64,000 nt of DNA from a virus. The notes beneath the pieces were generated by a model. That model searched no databases and was not told the origin of the DNA. It was given only the letters and a program-made list of their open reading frames with translations. The translations under genes were made by a program, and so were the position numbers. Shown here piece after piece: positions 1 through 9,437 of the stretch (position 1 is its first letter; each line of letters opens with the position of its first letter). The stretch is from positions 4,558-68,557 of IMG/VR virus record IMGVR_UViG_3300010354_000073; one strand, given 5' to 3'.

Positions 1-3000
1 CTAGTTAATCCAGAAAGAGATGTGTTAGTTTTATCAGAATATCTAATCAATTCATTATCTACGTATACAACTCCACTAGATGGGAATAGAGAAGCATCAT
101 CGACTGGCAAAGAAGTTGAAGATGCTGTAACTAATTGAGTTAACTTTGCTTTTGGACCTTCATTAATAACTTCATAACGAACTGGTAAGTTACCAGAACG
201 CATGAATGCTTCTGTATTTCTGTTGTTATTTTTTAATCTGTGAAGGAAGATAAAATTACCAGAAGGACCACGAAGCATCCAATCGATAAAACCTGCACCG
301 TACCATGAATATTGGAATCCAATCATTTGCATTTTATTGATTTTGATGTTATATCCACTCTTTCCAGATCCATCTGCCCTGTCAATGTTCCATTCATTTT
401 GAGGAATAATGATTTCTCGTGTCAGTGCAGTTTTAATATTAGCTGCTGTAGAAATTCCTCTATAATCTGGGTTAACATATAGACGAGTTTGTGAATCAAT
501 TTTTGTCACAATATGAGACATTCCTCTAATGACAATTCTATCTCCAACCACTAATTGATCGATAAATTTTGTATTGAGACCATCAATCACGTTAGAATCT
601 GGAGTTGCTGTAATTGTTCCAGCAATTTGATACGTTGAAGATCTCAATCCAACAGAAATATTTGTTCCATCATACTGGAAAAATATACCATTTTGATCAT
701 CAAATGCGCCTGCACGGACAGTAGCTCCTTTCCATTTGTATAGTGATACTTGTGGTTGAATATCAAATTCTGCTGTTGTAGAACCAAGATTATTAATTGC
801 GAGAACTGTAAAAGTTACTTCATCTATAATACTTGAAACAGTATAATGATTGTCAAAACCAGAAGTTCTTATTCCAGATAATGCTATTTCGGCACCTACC
901 TGCAATCCGTGATCAACATCATCTGTAATAACTGTAATGACGCTACCAATTGTAGTTCCAGATGCAGTGACGCTTCTTAAATCATAACTAGGTGCAAACA
1001 AAGCACCAGTTGTATACATAATACCTTTACCAGATTGATATCTAACATACTTTTTAGATTGACGAATCGCTTGAGATCCATGTGAAGGACCACCAGTTCC
1101 TAGTTGAACGCCACCGTCAAATGGTCTATGAGTATAAAAACTATCTGGTCTAGCATAAATTTTACCAGTAATTGCTAATGGAGATACTGATATTGTACCA
1201 GTTGATCTTGCTGTATAAATTAATTCATTTAAAGCTGGTACATCATCAACAAAGAATGGACCTGCGGCAAGAGTATGATTTGTTCCAGCTGATGTGATTG
1301 CTGTTAAAATAGTATCTCCTGGAACTAATCCATGATTACCAGTAAACAGAGCACGTATTTTAGCAATAGCACTATAGTTAAGAGTAGTGGATGCTGGTAA
1401 TGATTGTGTGGTGTTAGTTGTTAATGATATTGATGGGAAAAATGCAATTGTATCTCCAGTAAGAGGAGTACCAGTAGCAGTAACTTCAGTAATTGCTCCT
1501 GAATCATTAATATTAGAAACAGTAATAATCATATCATTAGCAGGGGAACTTCCACCTAATGTCGTACCAACAATTCTAAATTGATATCCTATTGAGTACC
1601 CAGTTCCACCAGAAGTAACAGTTGGAGAATAAGCACCAGAAACAATTCTTGGTAAAAATGTAGCATTAAAGGCAACTGGGTTAGGACCAATATTAAAGAA
1701 TTGAGCATTACCATTCCAAGCTGTACCAGCAACACTAAATGCCTGTATTCCTCCTTGAGCGTTTACGGATGTTACAGTAATTATTAAATTATTTGATGGA
1801 GTTGTTCCACCTAGTTCCGAACCTAAAATTGTAATAGTATCATTTGGTTGATAACCAGAACCACCGTTTACAACTGTTGCACTATATGATGGGCTGCTAT
1901 TTCCAGATTCATTTGGCGTTAGCGTAATTCTTGTGATTGTCTGTGAATCTGCGGCGCCGCCACCACCTTCCGTGGTAGAAACAGAAGAAGTGAAAGCAGT
2001 TCCAGCTGATATTGCAGTAATAGTTAATTTTTCTGGAGAAGATCCAACTTCAGCAAAAACTGTAGATTGACCAGAATTAATTGCTGTTATTAAACCATTT
2101 CTGATTGCAGTTAAAGTATTGCCAGCTAATGCTGTATATGAATATCCTGTTCCGTTAATTGTAACTGTAAATATGTCATCGGTCTCTACACTTCCACCTA
2201 CTGTCACTTCATCAACTTGAGCTACTCTATTACCACTACCTGTTCTAGTTACATTAAAAGAAGCATTAATACCAGAACCGCTAGTTGGACCATCTAAGAA
2301 ATTATATTGTCTGGTTGAAGGAACAGCATCTCCAAAAGCAAGGAAATTTGTAATACCCCCACTTCCAGATACACCAGTTACTACAATATTGAGATCATTT
2401 GCAGGAGAAGTACCACCTAAAGCATTACCATAGATTACAATTTTTTCTCCAATTGTATAATTACTACCACGTTTTGTTATAGTATTTGCCGCAGTTCCAG
2501 TATAACTGAATGTGTCTATACCACCAGTAGCAGTAACCGTTAAGATTGTAATTACAATATCGTTTGCAGGACTAGACCCCCCAACAGAAGAACCTAAGAT
2601 CGTAATTGTTTCAGATGCAGAATAACCAGATCCACTAGCATTTTTGAATACATTTGTGTATGTTCCGTTTCCAGAATTTGCTCCTCTTCTTTCAACTCCA
2701 AAAGCAGCGCCAGACCCAAGACCAACATAATTTCCCATGATATATGAATAACTAGTGTCTGGATTAATTGCTACGTTTACATAAGCTCCACTAGTTCTAT
2801 CTACATTAAATTGAGCACCACTACCAAGTCCAAAATTAACTGGCGCCCCAGGAGTAGAAACTGCGTTGAAGCTATTACCAGATTTGCTAATTGTGTATGG
2901 TGAAGATAAAGAAACAGTGTTACCTTCAATATTTGTAACAAAAATTGTTGTTCCAGATCCATTATCTAACGCGGAACCTATAGCAATTCCACTTGTTTCG

Positions 3001-4031
3001 TTGAAAATAATAGTTGAAGATGGAGCAGTAAATGAAGAAGTAATTGCAAGTGTAGAACTTAAATTAACAACAGCAGAAACTTGAGTTCCTGCTGGTAATC
3101 CTGTTCCAGATAAAGGTGATCCAATTGGAGGCATAGTGCCAGTATTAACACCTATAATATTAGCACCAGATGGGTTTACACCTCTTGTAGATACTTGACC
3201 ACTAGCTCCGTTAGAAGCGATTGAAAAAGTTGGAGTACCTATTTCAGATCCACTGTAGAATCCAGCTCTTCTTAATTGAACGGCAGATGCAAAAAGAGAA
3301 GTTGCTGGAGATGTTCCAACTCTTCCTTTTGCATAAAATGCGAAATTTTTTGAATCAGTTATTGAACTAATAATAAAAGATCCTTCTGCTTTTGAAAATC
3401 CAATAACATTATCAGATATTCCTCTAAGAGTAATAGGATCCCCAACAGAAAAACCGTGATCATTTTCTGTTGTAACTGATATTAATGAAGGACCAATGTT
3501 TCCAGTCCCATTACTAGCGTCTGTAACTATAGCAGAAACTGACAAATCTGCTCCAGGTTGCTCATAGATTGATGGGTAACCTCTCATCAAATCAATTGCT
3601 TGCCATTTTGTTGGTTGAATTCCATATTCAAAGTCGGCGTCAATCATAGATTGAGGTGCCGCCATTCTCATACGCTCAATAGCGTCAGTGCCAAAATCAT
3701 ATGGTCTTATTTTTAAATCTTCTGATTCTACAAAAATTTGAATAGTATCTGTTGAAGAATATTGTGTAGTATTATATTGAAAATGAATCGTTGTTACGCC
3801 GTTCGATAGAGTATTTGCGTAAGGAAAATCTGGATCGGATCCTAAAGTAGTTTCATCAAATTCTACTATAATTTGTTTTAAAGGATCACTAAATGAATAT
3901 AGAATTTCATTTGCCGTAGTATTTGTTATGAGCAAAATTTGCTCTTTGGAAATTTTATCAAGAACTTTAATCCTTCCAAAACCAGCAACCCCTGGTGTAA
4001 AAACATAATCTCTAATTTGTCTTTTAGCCAT
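1..4031 (-). CDS. Large virion structural/tail-fibre-like protein (partial; runs off window start, absent from ORF track)
   Basis: ATG at 4031 gives MAKRQIRDYVFTPGVAGFGRIKVLDK...; segments translated along the frame are open and include four GxGY...LGGxxPxNDxxIxV repeats (~1500-1620, 1750-1870, 2350-2470, 2520-2640); Gly/Ser/Thr-rich, typical of cyanomyophage structural proteins. Confidence 0.8.
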   Translation of the reverse strand, partial: MAKRQIRDYVFTPGVAGFGRIKVLDKISKEQILLITNTTANEILYSFSDPLKQIIVEFDETTLGSDPDFPYANTLSNGVTTIHFQYNTTQYSSTDTIQIFVESEDLKIRPYDFGTDAIERMRMAAPQSMIDADFEYGIQPTKWQAIDLMRGYPSIYEQPGADLSVSAIVTDASNGTGNIGPSLISVTTENDHGFSVGDPITLRGISDNVIGFSKAEGSFIISSITDSKNFAFYAKGRVGTSPATSLFASAVQLRRAGFYSGSEIGTPTFSIASNGASGQVSTRGVNPSGANIIGVNTGTMPPIGSPLSGTGLPAGTQVSAVVNLSSTLAITSSFTAPSSTIIFNETSGIAIGSALDNGSGTTIFVTNIEGNTVSLSSPYTISKSGNSFNAVSTPGAPVNFGLGSGAQFNVDRTSGAYVNVAINPDTSYSYIMGNYVGLGSGAAFGVERRGANSGNGTYTNVFKNASGSGYSASETITILGSSVGGSSPANDIVITILTVTATGGIDTFSYTGTAANTITKRGSNYTIGEKIVIYGNALGGTSPANDLNIVVTGVSGSGGITNFLAFGDAVPSTRQYNFLDGPTSGSGINASFNVTRTGSGNRVAQVDEVTVGGSVETDDIFTVTINGTGYSYTALAGNTLTAIRNGLITAINSGQSTVFAEVGSSPEKLTITAISAGTAFTSSVSTTEGGGGAADSQTITRITLTPNESGNSSPSYSATVVNGGSGYQPNDTITILGSELGGTTPSNNLIITVTSVNAQGGIQAFSVAGTAWNGNAQFFNIGPNPVAFNATFLPRIVSGAYSPTVTSGGTGYSIGYQFRIVGTTLGGSSPANDMIITVSNINDSGAITEVTATGTPLTGDTIAFFPSISLTTNTTQSLPASTTLNYSAIAKIRALFTGNHGLVPGDTILTAITSAGTNHTLAAGPFFVDDVPALNELIYTARSTGTISVSPLAITGKIYARPDSFYTHRPFDGGVQLGTGGPSHGSQAIRQSKKYVRYQSGKGIMYTTGALFAPSYDLRSVTASGTTIGSVITVITDDVDHGLQVGAEIALSGIRTSGFDNHYTVSSIIDEVTFTVLAINNLGSTTAEFDIQPQVSLYKWKGATVRAGAFDDQNGIFFQYDGTNISVGLRSSTYQIAGTITATPDSNVIDGLNTKFIDQLVVGDRIVIRGMSHIVTKIDSQTRLYVNPDYRGISTAANIKTALTREIIIPQNEWNIDRADGSGKSGYNIKINKMQMIGFQYSWYGAGFIDWMLRGPSGNFIFLHRLKNNNRNTEAFMRSGNLPVRYEVINEGPKAKLTQLVTASSTSLPVDDASLFPSSGVVYVDNELIRYSDKTNTSLSGLT

Positions 4032-4054
4032 TTATAAACTCCGAGTTTTCCTTT

Positions 4055-5191
4055 TTATGAGAGAGCAATTGCCAAGGCAATGGATTTACTATCGACATAC
4101 CTACGATTAGCAGCATCAGATGAACTGGTTGGATCTGCTACGTTTATTACCCTATTATTTAGAATGTTTAAATTAGATGAAAGACCACCAGACAAGGAAA
4201 CATTACCAGCAATAGTAGTATCACCAGTTGTTGAATTAACAATGAATTTGTTCGTGTTAATTGTTAAATTACCTCCAATAGAAGCTCCGCCAGATAAAGT
4301 TACACTACCACTAGAAGTTAAATTGCCAGTGGATGGAGCAACTGTAAATTTAGGAGATCCAGTCGGACCAATTCTAAAAGTACCTTCAATGTAAACATCT
4401 TGATTAAATGTAACGTCGTCACTAAAATCTGAAATACCAGTAACAGAAAAATCTCCGCCAACGGTAACATCTCCTTGTAAATCTGAATCAAGACCAACAG
4501 TTAAATTACCAGCAATTGACAAATCAGAACTAATTACGTTATAATTAAATTTGCCATAAGCAGCAAAACTAATTTCTGTTGTGCTTCCGTACACGATCAA
4601 ACTTTGACCGCCACTCATCTTGATATCAGTTCTTTGATATGTCGATCTTGGATTTAATTCTGTTTCATACTCTAAGTAATTTGCAGAAGGTAAATTTATC
4701 CCAGTATCACTAACACCAATTCTTATCGTTGCAGGATTTGGTCCTTGGTTGGTTGCAAACAAAGATACATTTAATTCTTGATTTGCTGGAACTGTGTATA
4801 GTAAATTTTTTTGTCTTGCAGTTGGAATTTTAACTGATGCTAAAAATCCAGAATTAGTTGGGTTATCTTGTTGTTCACCATGAATGATAAAACTAGTATC
4901 ATCAGCATCACTATAAACAACTAATGATTGGTTGTTACCATAATATATTGTATTTGATTCGTAACTTTCCCCAGGATCAATAACCCAATCGTAAATTACA
5001 TAGTTTGATGCGCTAAAAGATGTCAAAGATCCAGAAGAGACACCAATTCGTATTCTTACTGGATATGGGTTTTTATGAGTTACAGTAATAGTTCCCTCAA
5101 CAATTTTTGAATTGGGAGCAACGTGCAATACTGTCCTTGTTTTTTTAGTTGGAATAATGGACGCTAAATATCCAAATGTGGGTACTGGCAT
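4055..5191 (-). CDS. Virion structural protein (two tandem beta-sandwich-like repeats plus fibre-like C-terminus)
   Basis: 378 aa; duplicated GxLAS...RIGVS...NY..Y domain; C-terminal VINVADPTSSSDAANRRYVD fibre motif; late promoter upstream. Confidence 0.7.
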   Translation of the reverse strand: MPVPTFGYLASIIPTKKTRTVLHVAPNSKIVEGTITVTHKNPYPVRIRIGVSSGSLTSFSASNYVIYDWVIDPGESYESNTIYYGNNQSLVVYSDADDTSFIIHGEQQDNPTNSGFLASVKIPTARQKNLLYTVPANQELNVSLFATNQGPNPATIRIGVSDTGINLPSANYLEYETELNPRSTYQRTDIKMSGGQSLIVYGSTTEISFAAYGKFNYNVISSDLSIAGNLTVGLDSDLQGDVTVGGDFSVTGISDFSDDVTFNQDVYIEGTFRIGPTGSPKFTVAPSTGNLTSSGSVTLSGGASIGGNLTINTNKFIVNSTTGDTTIAGNVSLSGGLSSNLNILNNRVINVADPTSSSDAANRRYVDSKSIALAIALS

Positions 5192-5222
5192 TCTACAAGA
5201 TGCTATTATTCTATGTTATACT

Positions 5223-5233
5223 TATTTATAAAT
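5223..5233. promoter_or_regulatory. Bidirectional T4-type late promoter (TATAAATA on minus, TATAAAT on plus)
   Basis: TATTTATAAAT between divergent starts at 5191 (-) and 5245 (+). Confidence 0.7.
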
Positions 5234-5244
5234 GGGTTGAAAAT

Positions 5245-6033
5245 ATGATTTTTCTTACTGGATGTAAAGGATTTATTGGTCAGCATTTTGCTAGCACTAT
5301 AGGAGATAGTGTAGCTGTTGATTATTTTAATGCTTTTCCTGTTCTAGAGCATTTCAAAAGTTGGGATACGATAGATGAAATAATACACTTAGGAGCAATA
5401 TCTTCAACTACTGAAAAAGATATTAATAAATTGCACAAGTATAATGTAGAATATACTATTGCTTTGTTTGAAAAGGCGATTGAATATCAAATCCCAGTTA
5501 AATATGCATCGTCTGCTTCTGTTTATGGACTATCAGAATGTGGAGAAGTCAACCCTTTAAATTATTATGCAATTACAAAAACTCAAATTGATTATTATGT
5601 TCAAGACAATTTAGATAAATTTAAAAACATTTGTGGATATAGATTTTTTAATGTATATGGAGAAAATGAAAATCACAAAAAAGATCAAGCAAGTCCAGTG
5701 AGTAAATTTACTTGGCAAGCAAAAGAAACAAAACAAATAAAAGTATTTGAAGGATCAGAAAATTATTATCGTGATTTCATTTACGTTGGTGATATAGTTA
5801 ATATTGTTTTAAATCAAACTCAACCTTCTGGAATTTATGATTTGGGAACAGGAGTATCAAAATCATTTCAAACAATTGCAGAATTGGTCGCAAAAAAAGA
5901 GGGGGCGGAAATTAAAACAATTCCCTTCCCCTCAAATTTAAAAGGTAAATATCAAAACAATACTCGTGCAAATATGAACTGGATTGATTACAATTTTACC
6001 ACTGTAGAAGATTATATTAATCGCCCTTCATAA
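5245..6033 (+). CDS. hldD: ADP-L-glycero-D-manno-heptose 6-epimerase-like extended SDR
   Basis: TGCKGFIG Rossmann motif, HLGAISSTTE, YASSASVYG, YxxxK (YAITK), RFFNVYG, RDFIYVGD; start moved to ATG 5245. Confidence 0.85.
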   Translation: MIFLTGCKGFIGQHFASTIGDSVAVDYFNAFPVLEHFKSWDTIDEIIHLGAISSTTEKDINKLHKYNVEYTIALFEKAIEYQIPVKYASSASVYGLSECGEVNPLNYYAITKTQIDYYVQDNLDKFKNICGYRFFNVYGENENHKKDQASPVSKFTWQAKETKQIKVFEGSENYYRDFIYVGDIVNIVLNQTQPSGIYDLGTGVSKSFQTIAELVAKKEGAEIKTIPFPSNLKGKYQNNTRANMNWIDYNFTTVEDYINRPS

Positions 6034-6379
6034 CTCTGTGACTGTCCTCATCGAAATGAGTTGTAGAAAACTCAAATAATTCTGTATCTAAAAGAGCAAT
6101 CATTTGATGACGCATACCCCTAGGGATTTCAAATTTGTCTCCAGCATTTAGAATTGCGTAAGAAGCCTGACTAAAATCATCAGTCATTCCAAAAAATAAT
6201 TTGATTGCTCCTGACTGAACATAAAATGTTTCTCTTTTTTTCTCATGGAAATGCCAAGAGCACTTTTTATCCTTAACCATATAAAGAAGTTTTCCACAAT
6301 ACTCTTCATTATTTACGATCCATTTTTCAAATCCCCACCCCTTTGGAACTAATTTAATATTAAGATCAGAAGAATTCAT
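6017..6379 (-). CDS. Cupin-fold protein (mannose-6-phosphate-isomerase-like)
   Basis: VPKGWG, CSWHFHEKKRETF, EIPRGMRHQM cupin metal-binding motifs. Confidence 0.75.
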   Translation of the reverse strand: MNSSDLNIKLVPKGWGFEKWIVNNEEYCGKLLYMVKDKKCSWHFHEKKRETFYVQSGAIKLFFGMTDDFSQASYAILNAGDKFEIPRGMRHQMIALLDTELFEFSTTHFDEDSHRVMKGD

Positions 6380-6692
6380 TTGCGTTTACTCCTTTATCAT
6401 CAATGTATATATCACCTGCTGGTTTGCCTAGAATTAATTGATGGAACTTACAACCCCAAGATTTAAGTTGAACATAAGTTAAATCTTGAAAATGTTTTTG
6501 AGCAAGAATTCTTGAGTTATCATATCTACCCATTCCTCTAGCGGTAAAATATTTAATTGTATGTCCCTCATCATATAAAGCATTAATTTTTTGAATCCTA
6601 TCTAGTTTGGGAATACTTGTTTCATAATCTCCATCTTCTCTACATTCTGGTTTGTCGCAAATTGTCCCGTCAATATCAATTACATAAATCAT
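6366..6692 (-). CDS. Small HAD-superfamily phosphatase (GmhB/capsule-phosphatase-like)
   Basis: DIDGTI motif I, FTARG motif II, GKP..DIYIDDK motifs III/IV. Confidence 0.8.
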   Translation of the reverse strand: MIYVIDIDGTICDKPECREDGDYETSIPKLDRIQKINALYDEGHTIKYFTARGMGRYDNSRILAQKHFQDLTYVQLKSWGCKFHQLILGKPAGDIYIDDKGVNANEFF

Positions 6693-7464
6693 TTACGTCT
6701 CCTGATGTAAGAATATAAGTTCCTCTATTTTGAACTGCTATGGCAGCTGCCTTATTAGCATATGGTATAGCACATTCTATTCTACCACATTTTAAATAAA
6801 AGTAAACCAAAGCACTTAAAAATGTATCTCCAGCACCAGCTACATCAAATACTGGAACTGGTACTCCAGGATAATGTTTTCCTTTATAAACTGCGCCATC
6901 AGATCCTTTTGTAGTAATTAAAAAAGGATATTCACCTTGTAAACGATTAGTTTCTAATTCGTTCAATTTTAGATAACAATCTGATGGGAGAGTAGTTTTT
7001 TTACTGTCAACAAACACAGGACCATCAAACCAATCAACCAATTCGAATAATTTTTCTTGTGTTAAAAATCCTTTATTATAATCGGATATTATCAAAGCAT
7101 CATATTGATTTTGATCTGGTAATTCATAATTAAATTCATCAACAATATCATTTTCATCCAATCGCATGAGTTGTTGATTTGATTTCTCATCTACATATCT
7201 AGTTTTAATTGGACGATTACTATTGGTTATCATGTAAACTTCAATTCCAAATGCTTGTAGATTCAAACGAACGTTCCATGCCATACCCATAGTTTGATAT
7301 GTTTTTGAGAACTCTAAAATAGGCACTGGAGCTTCTGGACTTAATCTAGAACACTTACCATAAACATACCTATCAATACAAGAATCACCTATAAGAAGAA
7401 CCTTGTATTGTTTTGGTTGTGGAGAAAGTTCCAACTCTGTCGAAAAACCGAACTTCTTTTGCAT
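6676..7464 (-). CDS. PfkB-family sugar kinase, HldE/RfaE kinase-domain-like (start may be TTG 7434)
   Basis: IGDSCIDRY..G...RLSPEAPVP, IISDYNKG, DVAGAGDTF PfkB signature. Confidence 0.85.
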   Translation of the reverse strand: MQKKFGFSTELELSPQPKQYKVLLIGDSCIDRYVYGKCSRLSPEAPVPILEFSKTYQTMGMAWNVRLNLQAFGIEVYMITNSNRPIKTRYVDEKSNQQLMRLDENDIVDEFNYELPDQNQYDALIISDYNKGFLTQEKLFELVDWFDGPVFVDSKKTTLPSDCYLKLNELETNRLQGEYPFLITTKGSDGAVYKGKHYPGVPVPVFDVAGAGDTFLSALVYFYLKCGRIECAIPYANKAAAIAVQNRGTYILTSGDVNDLCN

Positions 7465-7783
7465 ATTGTTGACCTACAACTTCTTTGTCTTTCCAATCTG
7501 ATCCTACTACTAGTATATCAGGATTTATGGATTTTATCAAATCTTCTAAATTTTGTTTTGTATTAAAAATATAAACAGAGTCAATGTATTTTATTGCCTG
7601 TAAAGTTTCTTCTCTATCTTGCTGACAAAAAATTGGTCTTGTCTTGCCCTTCATCTCAGAAACTCTCTCATCTGAATCTATAGCAACAATTAAATAATCT
7701 CCAAGAGATTTGGCATACTTAAAAAGTTTTATATGTCCTGGATGCAGGACATCGAAACAACCATTAACAAAGATTTTTTTCAT
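7385..7783 (-). CDS. Cytidylyl/adenylyltransferase, HldE adenylyltransferase-domain-like
   Basis: NGCFDVLHPGH (HxGH), KGKTRPI, VVGSDW, FSTTKTI. Confidence 0.85.
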   Translation of the reverse strand: MKKIFVNGCFDVLHPGHIKLFKYAKSLGDYLIVAIDSDERVSEMKGKTRPIFCQQDREETLQAIKYIDSVYIFNTKQNLEDLIKSINPDILVVGSDWKDKEVVGQQYAKEVRFFDRVGTFSTTKTIQGSSYR

Positions 7784-9434
7784 TTGGAAAATAAATCATA
7801 CTACTAATTTCAGGTAAAATCAAATATTCAATGTCACTTTTTCTCATGGTTCTAAAGGCATCATTTAAATCTTCTACGATTGTATCGCCAGCTAAATTAA
7901 ATGATGTATTGAATAATATAGGAACTCCAGTGAGATTATAGAATTCTTCGATTAAAGAATAATAATTTAAATTGTGCTCTTTAGTTACAGTTTGAATTCT
8001 ACACGTTCCATCTACATGAGTTATTGCTGGGATCAAATCTCTTTTTGATTCTAACACATCAACAGCATACATCATAAAAGGACTTTCATTCAATCTATCC
8101 ATATCAAACCATTCTCTAGCATGTTCTAATAAAACAGTTCCAGCAAATGGTCTAAAGTATTCTCTTTTTTTAATTTTATTAACTATATCTTTTCCTTTAG
8201 GATTTCTAGGATCAAAAAGAATAGAACGATTGCCAAGAGCACGAGGACCTGCTTCAGATCTTCCTTGACACAAAGCAACTATATTTCCATCAGCAATTAA
8301 TTGTGCCGCATCTTTTGAAGAGCACTCAGATTGCACTTCCCATTCATACAAATTGTATTCATAATTAATGGGTTGACCAAAATATAAATTTGTAATATTT
8401 GTTTTTTTATAATTTGGTAAATATTTTTTGCTTTGATGTTTATAGTAAGTTAATTTGGCAGCTCCCATTGCAGTTCCAGAATCATCAGATATAGGTTCTA
8501 CGTATAAATTTACGTCGCTGGGAAGATTCTTTAGTAATCTGTAATTACTAACACAGTTAAGAGCACACCCACCAGTTAAAATTATATTTTTTTTATTTGT
8601 AAGTGATAGTGCTTTATACACCAATTGCATAATATACAATTCAAATTCTTTTTGAAGAACATAGCAAAGATTTTGTTTCTTTCGTTCTAAATCATCTTCA
8701 TCTTTGGAATAAGAAAGATATTCATACTGCTTCATCCTCACACCAACAAATTTGAATTGATTGTAATCAAACAAATTAAATAATTGTTTATTACCACCAT
8801 CTTCGGATAACATCCATTTTATATTTTTATCTTCTGTTCCATATGAAGATAATCCCATCGTCTTACCACATTCTAAACCATCCCAACCAAGATATTCTGT
8901 AACACCAGAATATACCATGCCAGCACTAATTCTAGAAACAGGATCTACGAATTCGTGTTCTTCATTATCAACTGGAATGTTACCATAACCAACAACAGAT
9001 TTATAAACACAATTACAATCTATTGGAAAAGACATATCAAAAATAGATTCATTTTCTTTACCAAATGATAAATCAGAACCTGCACCATCGATTACTACAC
9101 AAGCAGCGTCATCAAAACCAGAATTATAAAAAGCACATGCTGCATGTAAAGCGTGATGATATTCACTCAAATTTACATAGTTTGTTACTGTTATTCCTGC
9201 CTTTGCAAATAATTTGTAGTATGTTCCAAAATCTGTTTGATGATTATATAAGTGGGTGAATGCAACATAATCTAATTGATTTGTATAATTTGAAATTAAA
9301 TCAATGACATAAACTATTTCTTTGTCATGTTTTTTGTGTGATATTCGTTCTTCCTGGAGATGTAAAACAACTTTATCATCCCGCATTAAACAAATGGCAC
9401 TATCATGTGCAGTATTTACCCCAAGTATCCACAT
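7764..9434 (-). CDS. Carbamoyltransferase (NodU/CmcH family), copy 1
   Basis: HDSA, EERISHKKH, HHALHA, DGAG, GKTMGLSSYG, GGCALNC, GPRALGNRS, REYFRPFA, HVDGTCRIQTV, NTSFN. Confidence 0.92.
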   Translation of the reverse strand: MWILGVNTAHDSAICLMRDDKVVLHLQEERISHKKHDKEIVYVIDLISNYTNQLDYVAFTHLYNHQTDFGTYYKLFAKAGITVTNYVNLSEYHHALHAACAFYNSGFDDAACVVIDGAGSDLSFGKENESIFDMSFPIDCNCVYKSVVGYGNIPVDNEEHEFVDPVSRISAGMVYSGVTEYLGWDGLECGKTMGLSSYGTEDKNIKWMLSEDGGNKQLFNLFDYNQFKFVGVRMKQYEYLSYSKDEDDLERKKQNLCYVLQKEFELYIMQLVYKALSLTNKKNIILTGGCALNCVSNYRLLKNLPSDVNLYVEPISDDSGTAMGAAKLTYYKHQSKKYLPNYKKTNITNLYFGQPINYEYNLYEWEVQSECSSKDAAQLIADGNIVALCQGRSEAGPRALGNRSILFDPRNPKGKDIVNKIKKREYFRPFAGTVLLEHAREWFDMDRLNESPFMMYAVDVLESKRDLIPAITHVDGTCRIQTVTKEHNLNYYSLIEEFYNLTGVPILFNTSFNLAGDTIVEDLNDAFRTMRKSDIEYLILPEISSMIYFPNEKNLC

Positions 9435-9437
9435 AAA

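Noticed and set aside
1387-4394. Plus-strand ORFs 1387..1584, 2866..3084, 4080..4394
   Set aside because: Antisense shadows of long minus-strand structural genes; no motifs
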